Positions 10,061-20,214 of a stretch of 64,000 nucleotides of DNA are shown in pieces; position 1 is the stretch's first letter; each line of letters begins with the position of its first letter. The stretch is from the NCBI GenBank assembly GCA_963767315.1, contig CAVYDK010000014.1, positions 45,894-109,893 on the forward strand, given 5' to 3'. Under the pieces are notes generated by a model. That model saw nothing but the letters and a program-made list of their open reading frames with translations, was not told where the DNA came from and did not search any database. The position numbers were made by a program, and so were the translations under genes. The stretch comes from an uncultured Acidobacteriaceae bacterium. GTDB lineage: Bacteria > Acidobacteriota > Terriglobia > Terriglobales > Acidobacteriaceae.

Positions 10061-10966
10061 CTATGCCGCAATGAGGTTCTTGTATTCCAGTACCGGAGCC
10101 TCAATCAGCTTTTTCATCGTGTCACGGAACAGGTAAGGGTTATCACGGTTGTTGAATCGGAAGGTTATTTCGTCAAGGTAGGCGGATAGATGTTTTGCCG
10201 AGACTTTATGCCACGAACCAACAATCCCGCGCTTGAGCAAGCTAAAAGCGGATTCGATCCCGTTTGTGGTGATTTCACCCTCGACGTAAACGCCTCCACT
10301 GTGATTGATGGCCTTATGTTCGCAGAGGACGCCAGCCTTTGCGAGAGCCGGAGGATACGCGCCGAAGTCGTCCGTCATAATTACATCCACATCTTCGCTC
10401 ACGTTCTCGCGGATGTACTTCGCCAGCGTGCCCGATTTCACATCCGAGGCATGGAAGAAGCGAAGCTCACCCCCGCGCTGCTTGATGCCGATGACCACTT
10501 CCTTGCTTTTGAGCGACCGGCCCCGCGTTCCCTTACCGTGCTGTTTTCCGCCTACATAGGTTTCGTCAATCTCAAGTGTTCCTCCCAAAGGCTGCGTCTG
10601 CGCTTCTTTCATAGCCGCACGGATGCGGTGGCAGAGATACCATGCAGTCTTGTAGCTTCCGCCGATCATGCGGTTCACCTGATTCGCAGAGATGCCCTTG
10701 CGGGACTCGCACATCAGGTAGGTGGTAGCAAACCACGTTGGCAAGGGGAGTTTGGTATCTTGGAGCACTGTCCCGGCCAGAACGGAGAACTGATAGCGGC
10801 ATGAGTCACAGTCGAATACTTTACGGTCATACACGCGGGAAATCTTGGGTGAGTCGCAGCGGGGGCAGGTCACTCGATCCGGCCAGCGCAGAACTTCAAG
10901 GTATTCCCGGCAGCTTTCATCGTTTCCAAACTCGCGTAATACTTGGCAAAGGGTAGGTGCTTTCAT
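10061..10966 (-). CDS. IS1595 family transposase (Zn-ribbon + ISXO2-like DDE)
   Basis: CPRC/CDSC zinc ribbon, EIDETYVGG, MTDD, TNGIES, YLDEITFRFNNR. Confidence 0.93.
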   Translation of the reverse strand: MKAPTLCQVLREFGNDESCREYLEVLRWPDRVTCPRCDSPKISRVYDRKVFDCDSCRYQFSVLAGTVLQDTKLPLPTWFATTYLMCESRKGISANQVNRMIGGSYKTAWYLCHRIRAAMKEAQTQPLGGTLEIDETYVGGKQHGKGTRGRSLKSKEVVIGIKQRGGELRFFHASDVKSGTLAKYIRENVSEDVDVIMTDDFGAYPPALAKAGVLCEHKAINHSGGVYVEGEITTNGIESAFSLLKRGIVGSWHKVSAKHLSAYLDEITFRFNNRDNPYLFRDTMKKLIEAPVLEYKNLIAA

Positions 10967-11111
10967 GGCTCAGTCTCCGAGGAAATCGAAGAAGCATCCG
11001 AAGGACATGACAACCGAAGAAGCGATCCGTCATGTCTTCCACCCTAAGATCGTCAAACACTTGAAAGCAAAGGTGGAGGAGCTAAATCGTGTCCCAACAA
11101 AGACAGAATAG
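10965..11111 (+). CDS. small 48-aa ORF divergent from the transposase
   Basis: MAQSPRKSKKHPKDMTTEEAIRHVFHPKIVKHLKAKVEELNRVPTKTE; start codons overlap back-to-back (CATG); lies within the TIRs. Confidence 0.55.
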   Translation: MAQSPRKSKKHPKDMTTEEAIRHVFHPKIVKHLKAKVEELNRVPTKTE

Positions 11112-11148
11112 CAAAGTATCTACCTTGTGTCAAGGGGATAATCTTCCA

Positions 11149-12165
11149 ATGGGAAATACACTCAGCAAAGACTTTGGGGAAGCGGTCGTGAGGGTGCAGC
11201 CTGACGGGGACAACATCGAGGCCGAGGCCAGCGATCAATTCGTGGCCACTCCGCATATTCAGGCCTTGGCCGAGCGGGCGCTTGCCTATCTGGAAGTCGG
11301 TTACGCGGTGCATTTTGCCGGTTCGGCGGGCACCGGCAAGACGACGCTGGCCTTCCACGTGGCGGCCAAACTCGGTCGCCCGGTCACGCTCATCCATGGC
11401 GATGACAAGTTCGGCAGTTCGGACTTGGTCGGCAAGGATGCCGGTTACCGCAAGTCCAAGCTGATCGACAACTACATTCATTCCGTGCTCAAGACGGAAG
11501 AGAACATGAATACGTTATGGGTGGACAACCGCCTCACCACGGCCTGTGCCAGCGGGAATACCCTGATCTACGACGAGTTCAACCGTTCCCGCCCGGAGGC
11601 CAACAACGCCTTGCTGAGTGTGTTGGAGGAGCGGGTCCTGAATCTCCCCAGCCTGCGCCAGAACGGCGAAGGGTATCTTCAGGTTCATCCTGACTTCCGG
11701 GCGATCTTCACCTCCAACCCGGAGGAGTATGCCGGCGTCCACAAGACCCAGGATGCGCTGATGGACCGCCTGATCACCATCCAGATGGGCAACTTCGACC
11801 GGGAGACGGAGATTGCCATCGCGATCGCCCAGTCCGGCGTTTCGCGCCAGAATGCCGAGATCATCGTCGACATTGTGAACGAGTTGCGAGGCACCGGCGT
11901 CAACAACCACCGGCCGACCATTCGCGCCACCATTGCCATCGCCCGGATTCTGGTTCATCGCAAGGCGCGGGCCGCATTCAACGATCCGGTCTTCCAATGG
12001 GTCTGCCATGACGTTCTTACCACCGAAACAGCCAAGGTCACGCGCGAGGGCCAATCGTTGATGCCGCACAAGATCGACGAATGCATGGAGCGGGTCTGCA
12101 GCGCCGCGCTGAAGGCACGCCGCACCGGTAACCGGCTCGGCCTCGTAAACAAAGGGAAGGAGTAA
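11149..12165 (+). CDS. gvpN: gas vesicle AAA+ ATPase GvpN
   Basis: GSAGTGKT, LIYDEFNRSRPEANN, FTSNPEEYAGVHKTQDALMDR; ATG lies 1 nt outside the IS end. Confidence 0.9.
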   Translation: MGNTLSKDFGEAVVRVQPDGDNIEAEASDQFVATPHIQALAERALAYLEVGYAVHFAGSAGTGKTTLAFHVAAKLGRPVTLIHGDDKFGSSDLVGKDAGYRKSKLIDNYIHSVLKTEENMNTLWVDNRLTTACASGNTLIYDEFNRSRPEANNALLSVLEERVLNLPSLRQNGEGYLQVHPDFRAIFTSNPEEYAGVHKTQDALMDRLITIQMGNFDRETEIAIAIAQSGVSRQNAEIIVDIVNELRGTGVNNHRPTIRATIAIARILVHRKARAAFNDPVFQWVCHDVLTTETAKVTREGQSLMPHKIDECMERVCSAALKARRTGNRLGLVNKGKE

Positions 12166-12169
12166 TTCG

Positions 12170-12484
12170 ATGGCAATCCCTGCAAAAGGTCTGAATCAGC
12201 TGCGCACCCTCTCCGGCCGGGTGGATCAACTCTCCCTGCCCTACCGAAGCTACATGCAGATCACTTGTCTGGAGATGGAACGCGCCCGGCGCAATATGGA
12301 GCGCAAGAGCGCTAGCCAGCGGGTGGCCCTGATCGATGCCCGGGTCCAGGAGATCGAGAAGGCCAAACAAGAGCTGCTCCAGGCGGTGGCTGGTTCCGGC
12401 CGGAGCACTCCGGCGCGCCTGCCCGGCCTTGAACTGAAGCCCACGCCCCGCTGCAGCACGGGCGGATTCAAAATCCGTTACTGA
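12170..12484 (+). CDS. gas vesicle accessory protein, GvpV-like coiled coil
   Basis: LRTLSG...YMQITCLEMERARR; position directly after gvpN. Confidence 0.6.
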   Translation: MAIPAKGLNQLRTLSGRVDQLSLPYRSYMQITCLEMERARRNMERKSASQRVALIDARVQEIEKAKQELLQAVAGSGRSTPARLPGLELKPTPRCSTGGFKIRY

Positions 12485-12496
12485 GGGAGCCGGCCC

Positions 12497-12724
12497 ATGC
12501 TGACCATCAAGACCTCCGTTCACGTCCCGGCCAACCGCCATCGTAGGAACTTCCATTGCAGCGCTGTTTCCACCGGTGCGCCCCTGGTGCGAGTCGGCGG
12601 GTTGCGTCAGCTTCAAGAGTGGCTGCGGCTGTTCGACGCCGAGTCGCGGCGCCTTTGGCTGGAGATGCGATGGAGATCGCACCTGGGACGGGTGCGGTTT
12701 GCGCAAGGGAGGAGCAGGCCATGA
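12497..12724 (+). CDS. hypothetical protein (75 aa)
   Basis: SD-like GAGGGAG upstream; stop overlaps the next ATG (ATGA). Confidence 0.4.
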   Translation: MLTIKTSVHVPANRHRRNFHCSAVSTGAPLVRVGGLRQLQEWLRLFDAESRRLWLEMRWRSHLGRVRFAQGRSRP

Positions 12725-13524
12725 AAAATGGTGAGTGTGCAGCCATAGCGACCGGCCCCGGCCAGAATCCGGGAGTACCCGCGGCCAGTGGAAGAAACTA
12801 TCTCTACGCGATCGTGGCGGGTGACGAACCGCGAGCCTATCCTTCTCTGGGCCTCGACGGAAAGGATGTGTACACCATCTCCGACGGTCGCTTGGCCGCC
12901 GTGGTCAGCCGCTTGTCCAGTTCCAAGGTCCGCCCGGAACGCGCCAACCTGAAGGCCCACCAGGCGGTGCTCAATCGTCTGCTTGCCGACACCACCCCGC
13001 TGCCCATGGCCTTCGGTACCGTTGCCAGCAGCCCGCAGGCCATCCATAAGATTCTGCTCAAGAATCGGCGCGCCTTTGGCGAGCAACTCGCGCGCGTGGC
13101 CGGCAAGGTGGAGATGGGCTTGCGCGTCTCCTGGGACGTGCCCAATATCTTTGAGTACCTCGTCAACATTCACGCGGAACTGCGTTCGGCGCGCGACCGC
13201 CTGATGAGCGCACGCCACGAGTTCACCCAGGAGGAAAAGATCGAACTGGGCCGCATGTTCGACCGCCTGCTCAACGACGACCGCGAGGACCACACCGCTA
13301 AGGTGGAGCGCGCCCTTGCCCCGCTGTGCGCGGAATTCAAGGTGAACCAGTGCCGCAATGAGAACGAGGTGATCAATCTGGCTTGCCTGGTGAAGCGCGA
13401 CGCACAGGAGGCGTTCTCCGCTGGTATCTTCGCCGCGGCCAACTTCTTCGACAACAACTTCTCCTTCGACTATAGCGGGCCCTGGGCGCCGCATAACTTC
13501 GTGGAGCTCGAATTGGAGCAGTAA
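12721..13524 (+). CDS. GvpL/GvpF family gas vesicle protein
   Basis: YLYAIV...H..VL...TPLPMAFG...GKVEMGLRV...YSGPWAPHNFV. Confidence 0.9.
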   Translation: MKNGECAAIATGPGQNPGVPAASGRNYLYAIVAGDEPRAYPSLGLDGKDVYTISDGRLAAVVSRLSSSKVRPERANLKAHQAVLNRLLADTTPLPMAFGTVASSPQAIHKILLKNRRAFGEQLARVAGKVEMGLRVSWDVPNIFEYLVNIHAELRSARDRLMSARHEFTQEEKIELGRMFDRLLNDDREDHTAKVERALAPLCAEFKVNQCRNENEVINLACLVKRDAQEAFSAGIFAAANFFDNNFSFDYSGPWAPHNFVELELEQ

Positions 13525-13856
13525 TGCTGTTGGTGGACGACATCCTCTTATTTCCGGTTCACAGCATTCTGTGGGTCTTTCGCGAGATCGGCGAGATCGC
13601 CCAGAAAGAACTGGCCGGCGAGGCCAAGTCGATCACCGAGCAGCTGCGGATCCTCTACATGCAACTGGAGACCGGGCGGATCACCGAAGCCGAGTTCGAT
13701 GCCGGGGAGAAGCTTCTGCTGGACAGGCTGGACGCCATCGAAAGCCGCCTGGAGAACGAAGGTGAGGCGGAAGAATCGGACCAGGATGATGGCGAAGAAT
13801 CCGCCGTGGCCGGGCGCGTGGTCGGCCGGACGCAGGCCAACGGGAGACCGCTATGA
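13524..13856 (+). CDS. gvpG: gas vesicle protein GvpG
   Basis: MLLVDDILLFP...LYMQLETGRITEAEFDAGEKLLLDRL, acidic tail. Confidence 0.85.
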   Translation: MLLVDDILLFPVHSILWVFREIGEIAQKELAGEAKSITEQLRILYMQLETGRITEAEFDAGEKLLLDRLDAIESRLENEGEAEESDQDDGEESAVAGRVVGRTQANGRPL

Positions 13857-14988
13857 GCCGGCAGACGCTATCGTTCTTCGACAAGCCGGGCCTCCAGCTT
13901 CTGCTCTTTGGCGGCAAGGGGGGCGTGGGCAAGACCACCTGCGCCACGGCTGCCGCGTTGCGCCTCTCCGCGCTGGCACCGCAGCGTTCTCTCCTGCTGG
14001 TTTCCACCGACCCCGCCCACTCTGTACGCGACAGCCTGGCTGGCTATCTGCCCCCCGGCAAGCTGCACGTTCTCGAGCTGGACGCTCAGCAATGCCTCAC
14101 CAAGTTCCGCCAGCAGAACAGCGGCATGTTGCGCGAGATTGCCGCTGCCGGCACCTTCCTGGACGACGACGACATCAATCAATTCCTCAGCCTGTCTCTG
14201 CCCGGCCTGGACGAGTTGATGGCTCTGTTTGAAATCTCCTCGTGGGTCGAGGCCCGCCAATACGACTGCATCGTGGTGGATACGGCGCCCAGCGGCCACA
14301 CCTTGCGCCTGCTGGCCATGCCCGACCTCATCCGGCGATGGCTCGGCATGTTGGAGGTGTTGCTGGCCAAGCGCCGCTACATGCGGCGGGTCTTCAGTCG
14401 CGATGCCGGTTCCGATCGCCTCGACCTCTTTGTGACCAAGTGGAAGTCCACGCTCCATCTGGCCGAGAAGCTGCTGCACGATCCGCGGCGCACTCAGTTC
14501 GTTCCGGTTTCCATTGCCGAGCCGCTCAGCGTCTGCGAAACCGTGGCTCTCTTCCGGGAATTGCAGGGCCGGAAGATGCCGGTATCCGAACTGGTCGTGA
14601 ATCAGCTCCACCTGGAGTGCGATTGCCCCACCTGCAAGGACGCCGCAACGGACGAACAGTTGCAAATCCAGCGGCTGATGACAGGCATCGTGCTTCCCTG
14701 CCCGGTGTGGGGCATCGGGCTGCAGCAGGAGGAGGTCCGCGGCCAGCAGTTGCTCATGCAGTTCTGGGACCACGCGCAACCGATCGCTCGACGGCCGGAG
14801 ATTGCCGTCGGCTGCAGCATCGTCCGCAGGCCCGCTGCGCTGGTCGAGCCGGCCGTGCTGGTTCCGGCCCCGGCGCCTTCGGCGCGAATGCAGTTTATGC
14901 TCTTTGCCGGCAAGGGCGGCGTGGGCAAAACAACGCTCTCTTGCGTTACCGCCGTGCGCATGGCACGCGACTTTCCGGACAAGCGGGT
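13853..14988 (+). pseudogene. ArsA/GET3-family ATPase, truncated early in its second domain by an IS end
   Basis: GGKGGVGKTT, STDPAH, DTAPSGHTL; second GKGGVGKTT followed within ~20 aa by the IS end at 14989. Confidence 0.85.
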
Positions 14989-16318
14989 TGTGCCTCGCCA
15001 TAATTCAATCCGGGGGCAAAACGGGTCTGATGAATGAAATCAGAATCTGGCTTTACAGTACTTTTCGATTAGAGAAGGCTTTTCGGTGACGAGAGAGACC
15101 TACGGAAACGGGCCAGAGTCGACGCAACGAGTCAGCGGGCACGCCTCTCCCCTGGCTTTCGTCAACTCTCTAAAAAATCTTCGCAACGAAAGCTCAGGCG
15201 GCCAGATCGTAACGATGATGCAAGCCGCCAAATCTTGGCATGGATACGACTCTGCAATCTCGGGTGGAATTCGCCTCATCTTCACGATCCGCCGGGGTTC
15301 CCTTATCCAGCGCAAGGTGCGTCCGGTCGTCATGGTAGTAACGAACATACTCGCTCATCAATCGTTTCAGGTGTCGTTCGTTGAGCACTATCACGTGGTG
15401 AGCAAGTCACGTCTACAGTTGCCAACCCAACGTTCTGCGACGCCGTTCTGCCAGGGACTATTCAGGCTGGTTCGCTTGGGCAGGATGCCGAAGCTCTTCA
15501 CCGTATTGACAACCCCCTGATTGAAATTTGGGCCATGATCGAAGATCAGGTAACGGGGACCCGAATCGCACGGGAACGATTCACGCAGCTGGTGAGAGAT
15601 CCAGGCGCTACTGGGATGCTTCGTCACGTTGCAGTGCAAAATCCGCCTCCGGTCATGTGAGATGACAAAGAACAGTAAAGCAAGCTGAAGGTCAACGTCG
15701 GCACTTCAAAGAAATCCATCGCTGCAATCGCTTCACGATGATTGCTCAGGAAAGCCGCCCAACGCTTCGCCGGCCCGGGATTTCGAGGTGCTTTCCTCAT
15801 CCAGCGCAATACGGTTCGCTCCAATATCTCGAAGCCGAGCATTCTCAACTCGCCATGAATGCGCGGTGCTCCCCAGGTCGGGTTCTCAGCAACCATGCGG
15901 TAGATGAGCTCGCGCTGCTCACGATTCGTCGGCTTTCGTCCCAGAGGAGCTTTCTTGCGTGCGATCTTCTTCCAATAGAGCTTGAACCCGTTACGATGCC
16001 ATGGACTACCGTTTCCGGTTGAACGAGAATCAGTGCCGTCTTCCATTCAGGCCAGAACTGCATCAAGAGCATCCAGAAACACCTATCTGCAGCAGCAACT
16101 TTTGGCTGCGGATGCCTCTGCTTTAAAACAGCGAGTTGCTGTCGAAGAGCCATGTTTTCCAGAAGCAGGTCGCGGCGAGAACGAAATGCTCGGATAGATA
16201 GAGAAAATAGGAGTCGGAACAGTCGCTGCATGAGCCAGTGTTACACATAGACGGAGCGGTCCGGCCCCACAGATCATCTGATTGATTCAAATGTAGATCG
16301 CAACTTTGACGAACGACA
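14989..16318 (-). mobile_element. degenerate IS481-like element (frameshifted rve transposase)
   Basis: TGT...ACA ends with imperfect IRs (10/16); transposase split across ORFs 15845-16231, 15624-16046, 15391-15639 and 15194-15394, homologous to 478-1518. Confidence 0.85.
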
Positions 16319-16857
16319 GTCACAAACGAATGAACATTACGTTTCAGCCCGATTACAAGCTGTGATTGTTCGGTTAATCCGGAATATCCATTTTGCTTGT
16401 CCGGATACCCTGATCGGTGTTGCGGGGTACACTTTAGATAACTATCAATGGACGACCGCTGCATCTCCACGCCAGGCAACTGCGCAGACACAGAAAGATA
16501 TTTACAGACGGCGAAATACGCATTAGGCACAAGAACTAACAAGAGCCCGTGAGCGAGTTGCATTCGCTTGGGCGCACTTAAAGATGTGAAATCAACACCG
16601 GGCCAGGTCGTCCGCAGCGCACCAATGCGTGACGCGAATCACAATAGTCTTGCGAATAAAATATAGGATTCACCCCATATTGAAATCCCTGGGCTAGAAC
16701 CGTAGGCATGAAAAAGTCTACAGTTTCCGAACCGGTTCAAGCTCCCCAGATCAACCTGCTCCTGCGTTGGATCGGCAGACTCTTGGCGACTGACAGCAAC
16801 GGGACCCAATCGCCCAGGCACTGTCCTGGCGTAGTCGATTTGTTTCGGAGGATTGTG

Positions 16858-19800
16858 ATGTGTCGAAAGTTGTTGCAGCTCAGCGGACCTCAGTCTTCAA
16901 GAGGCCGCAAGAGCAAGTTTGTGCCACGCGTTCTGCAGAGACTCATGCCCGCGAATTGGTTCGCAATAGTCATCCTGCTTCTTCTTCCCTTTCTTTGCCT
17001 TGCGCAGTACACCACGGGAGTGGTTCAAGGCTCTGTTCTGGACCCATCGGGCGCTCTGGTCAAGGACGCTTCGGTAGAGCTGAAGAGCCTGGAAACAGGA
17101 GGGGGCCGCACCTTTCCCACCACGGCCAACGGCCTCTATTCTTTCACCGCTGTACCGCCAGGCAGATACCGCCTTCGCGTCACGGCGACAGGCTTTGCTT
17201 CTCGGTCCGCCGATATCGCCATTTCCACCAGCCAAACCACCACACAGAACTTCACGCTGCAGATCGGACAGGCGTCCACCACCGTCAACGTCCAGGCGGA
17301 TACGGCGCCGCTGCTCGATGCCTCCGATCCCTTGCGAGGCGTCACCTACAACGAAACCGAGGTCGGCACACTTCCCAACCTCAACCGCAACATCAACAGT
17401 CTGGTGATTCTTGCGTCGGGGGCCACGCCAACCTTCAATCCACGCGGAGGGGAGTTTACCACCGTCAATGGCGCGCAGGCCGGCCAGATTAACGCCAATG
17501 GCGGACGCTCCAAGTCCACCTCCACGCAGCTCGACTACACGGACGCCAACGATTGGGAGTTTGGCGGCATAGCACTCGCAACCGAACCAACGCCCGACAT
17601 GCTCGGCGAGTTCCAGGTGCTCACCAACAACTGGGCCGCGGAGTACGGCGTGAAATCCTCCGCCGAGATCGTCATGGTCACCCGGAGCGGAAGCAACTCG
17701 CTGCACGGCACCGCATACGACTTTCTGCAGAACGCCGCGTTGAACGCTCGGGACTACTTCGACACCACGGGCAGACCCGACCCCCTGGTCCAGAACTATT
17801 ACGGCTTCACCCTCGGCGGCCCGATCCTGCGCAACCGAACTTTCTTCTTCGCCGGGTACGAGGGCCGGTCAACCCATGGCGCAGGCACCACCCTGGTGGC
17901 GGACCTGCCCACCGCAGCCGCTCGCAGCGCCGTTCCGTCGCCCACGGTTCAAAGCCTGCTGCAGTTGCTCCCTCTGCCAACGGTCGCAACCAGCAACCCG
18001 CTCATCGGCACTTCCTCTATCGCCGAGCCCAATCCCTCAACCGGAAACCAGTACCTGCTGCGCGCCGATCATTCCTTCTCCGCCAGGAACAACCTGACAC
18101 TGCGCTTCTACAGCAACTCCGGCACCAGCGTCGACCGTGTCTCGAACTCCCTGCCTCAGTACGACTCCAGCTTCGATCCGGTCGGCAGGAACGCCATGAT
18201 CGCCGATACCTGGACGCCGCGGTCCAACAGCACAAACGAACTGCGCATTGCCTACGGCCGGTCGAGCGCCCTCTTTGAACCGCTCACCGAGCCGGCGACT
18301 CCACGCTTCAACGTCACTGGGTTGGTTGGCTTCGGCACGGTGGCAAACTGGCCCCAGGGGCGCGTCTTCGACGTCTATCAACTGAGCGACGCAACCAGTT
18401 GGGTTCATGGGCGGCACATCGTCAAGGCCGGCTTCGATCTGCGCCATATTGAAGACAACTCGCTCAACTACACCAACAGCCGAGGCGCATTCACATTCAC
18501 CTCCGTGAATAACTTCCTGGCCGGTACGATCGGCAGTTACACCCAGGAGTTCGGAAACACATACCGCGGGTTCCGTGAGAACTATAACGGCGCTTTCGTG
18601 CAGGACGATTGGAAGCTGAGGCCCACCCTGACCCTGAACCTTGGCCTGCGCTATGAATTTCAAGGCAGCCAGAGCGATGCCAACCACCTGCAGTCGGTGC
18701 TCGACATCGCGGGGACGGGGAACATCGGTCAACTGGGCAGCGGACCGCTCGGCGTCTTCAACACGCAGAACTCTCTGATTCGCTCGCATCCCGCTCTGCT
18801 GGCGCCGCGCTTTGGCTTTGCGTGGGACCCCGCGAACGGACAATTTGTGCTCCGCGGCGGCTATGGCATTTATTACGATTCGCTGATCTTCAACGGCTTG
18901 CAAGCTGGCCGCACCGCGCCGCCCACCGATTACACAGGCACGCTCAGCAGCTTCAGCGGAAGCAACACCCTCGCCAACCTCCTGGCAGGCACAGCTCCGC
19001 TGCAGACGACTTTGACCGCACAGGCCGGCAGCTTCAACAATGTCACCAACCTTGGCAGTGTTGTCTCTGAGAATCCCAACCTCCGCAATCCTTACCAACA
19101 GCAATACAGTTTCGGCGTTGAGGTTCGCCTCGCAGCGTCGATCATGGCGGACCTGTCCTACGTCGGCTCGCGCGGTTCGGCCCTCACCACCTATGAGCCC
19201 ATCAACTCGACGCTGTCCGTGGACCGTCCCGCTCCGGCTACCAGCGCCGCCGATCAGGCCAATCGGCTCGCGCAGTTCCAGGCGTTTTATGCCTCCGAGA
19301 ACGGCCCCGGCAACCCGCGCGTCGATCCTCGCTTCAACGACGTCAGCTATATCAGCGACACCGGCAGCTCAACGTACAACTCGATGCAGTTCTCCGCGTT
19401 GAAGGCTCTGTCCCACGGCCTACAGTTGCGCGCCTCCTATACATGGTCGCATTCCATCGATAACAGCTCGGATTACAGCCCGGGCCAGGGCGCGCTCGAT
19501 ACCAACTTTGAGCAGGACCAGTTCAATCCCGGGGCGGAGCGCGGCAGCTCCGACTTCGATGTCCGTCACCGTTTTGTTCTCTCTCACGTTTGGCAGGTCC
19601 CCGTCTTCCGCAATCAAAAGGGAATCGAAGGCCACATCCTCGGCGGCTGGACGTTTGCTTCCCTCAACCAGTTTCAGTCCGGCCTACCGTTCACGGTCAT
19701 CACCGGCTCGGTTGCGGGAATCCCGGACGCGAATATGGACGGCAATACAGTCTCGGGTCTCGATAACTCCCGGCCCAACTGCGCCGTTGGCGGCTCGTTC

Positions 19801-20127
19801 ACCATGGGCAACCCGTTGTCGAACACGAAGTACGTCCCGGTCCTGCTCGGCAACAATGGGAACTGCGGCCGGAACACGGCCCGCTTGAACAAATTCATCA
19901 ACTTCGATTGGACCTTTTCCAAGAACATCCGCGTCTTCGAGAGAGGATTGCTCAACTCCGGCCCGTGGAACCTTGAATATCGCGCCGACCTGTTCAACGC
20001 GTTCAACAACCCGTATCTCTCGGTTTCGGGCACCAACTTCCTGAATCTCTCAAGCCCGGGCTTTGGCCTCTACAACACCGCAGCCGCCAGCCGGCGCATT
20101 CAGATGGCCCTCAAGCTCAACTGGTAG
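16858..20127 (+). CDS. TonB-dependent receptor (CarboxypepD-like N-terminus)
   Basis: GSVLDPSGALV, LHGTAYDFLQN, FVQDDWKLRPTLTLNLGLRYE, RRIQMALKLNW; SD GGAGG before ATG 16858 (16945 is an alternative start). Confidence 0.92.
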   Translation: MCRKLLQLSGPQSSRGRKSKFVPRVLQRLMPANWFAIVILLLLPFLCLAQYTTGVVQGSVLDPSGALVKDASVELKSLETGGGRTFPTTANGLYSFTAVPPGRYRLRVTATGFASRSADIAISTSQTTTQNFTLQIGQASTTVNVQADTAPLLDASDPLRGVTYNETEVGTLPNLNRNINSLVILASGATPTFNPRGGEFTTVNGAQAGQINANGGRSKSTSTQLDYTDANDWEFGGIALATEPTPDMLGEFQVLTNNWAAEYGVKSSAEIVMVTRSGSNSLHGTAYDFLQNAALNARDYFDTTGRPDPLVQNYYGFTLGGPILRNRTFFFAGYEGRSTHGAGTTLVADLPTAAARSAVPSPTVQSLLQLLPLPTVATSNPLIGTSSIAEPNPSTGNQYLLRADHSFSARNNLTLRFYSNSGTSVDRVSNSLPQYDSSFDPVGRNAMIADTWTPRSNSTNELRIAYGRSSALFEPLTEPATPRFNVTGLVGFGTVANWPQGRVFDVYQLSDATSWVHGRHIVKAGFDLRHIEDNSLNYTNSRGAFTFTSVNNFLAGTIGSYTQEFGNTYRGFRENYNGAFVQDDWKLRPTLTLNLGLRYEFQGSQSDANHLQSVLDIAGTGNIGQLGSGPLGVFNTQNSLIRSHPALLAPRFGFAWDPANGQFVLRGGYGIYYDSLIFNGLQAGRTAPPTDYTGTLSSFSGSNTLANLLAGTAPLQTTLTAQAGSFNNVTNLGSVVSENPNLRNPYQQQYSFGVEVRLAASIMADLSYVGSRGSALTTYEPINSTLSVDRPAPATSAADQANRLAQFQAFYASENGPGNPRVDPRFNDVSYISDTGSSTYNSMQFSALKALSHGLQLRASYTWSHSIDNSSDYSPGQGALDTNFEQDQFNPGAERGSSDFDVRHRFVLSHVWQVPVFRNQKGIEGHILGGWTFASLNQFQSGLPFTVITGSVAGIPDANMDGNTVSGLDNSRPNCAVGGSFTMGNPLSNTKYVPVLLGNNGNCGRNTARLNKFINFDWTFSKNIRVFERGLLNSGPWNLEYRADLFNAFNNPYLSVSGTNFLNLSSPGFGLYNTAAASRRIQMALKLNW

Positions 20128-20214
20128 TCGCGGTTCGGGCCTCTCGCCTGCGGTCTGTAACAATGGCTGGGCCGCGAAGTCCGCGAAGACCAAGCCGTTC
20201 GGGAGAAAAATTCC

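Larger units (their letters stand above)
9195..11147. mobile_element. IS1595-family element carrying a passenger gene
   Basis: 26-bp TIRs, 24/26 identical (GGAAGATTATCCCC[C/T]TGA[G/C]ACAAGGT) at 9195-9220 and 11122-11147; no target duplication seen. Confidence 0.88.

Noticed and set aside
11089-11148. ORF-track N-terminal extensions of GvpN (also sir from 30491, cysG from 32334, antitoxin from 2140)
   Set aside because: The extensions run through IS ends, arms or leader regions; downstream starts with better context were chosen.
16831-16843. GTAGTCGATTTGT as a fifth arm copy
   Set aside because: Only ~13 nt match and none of the downstream arm blocks follow; likely chance.
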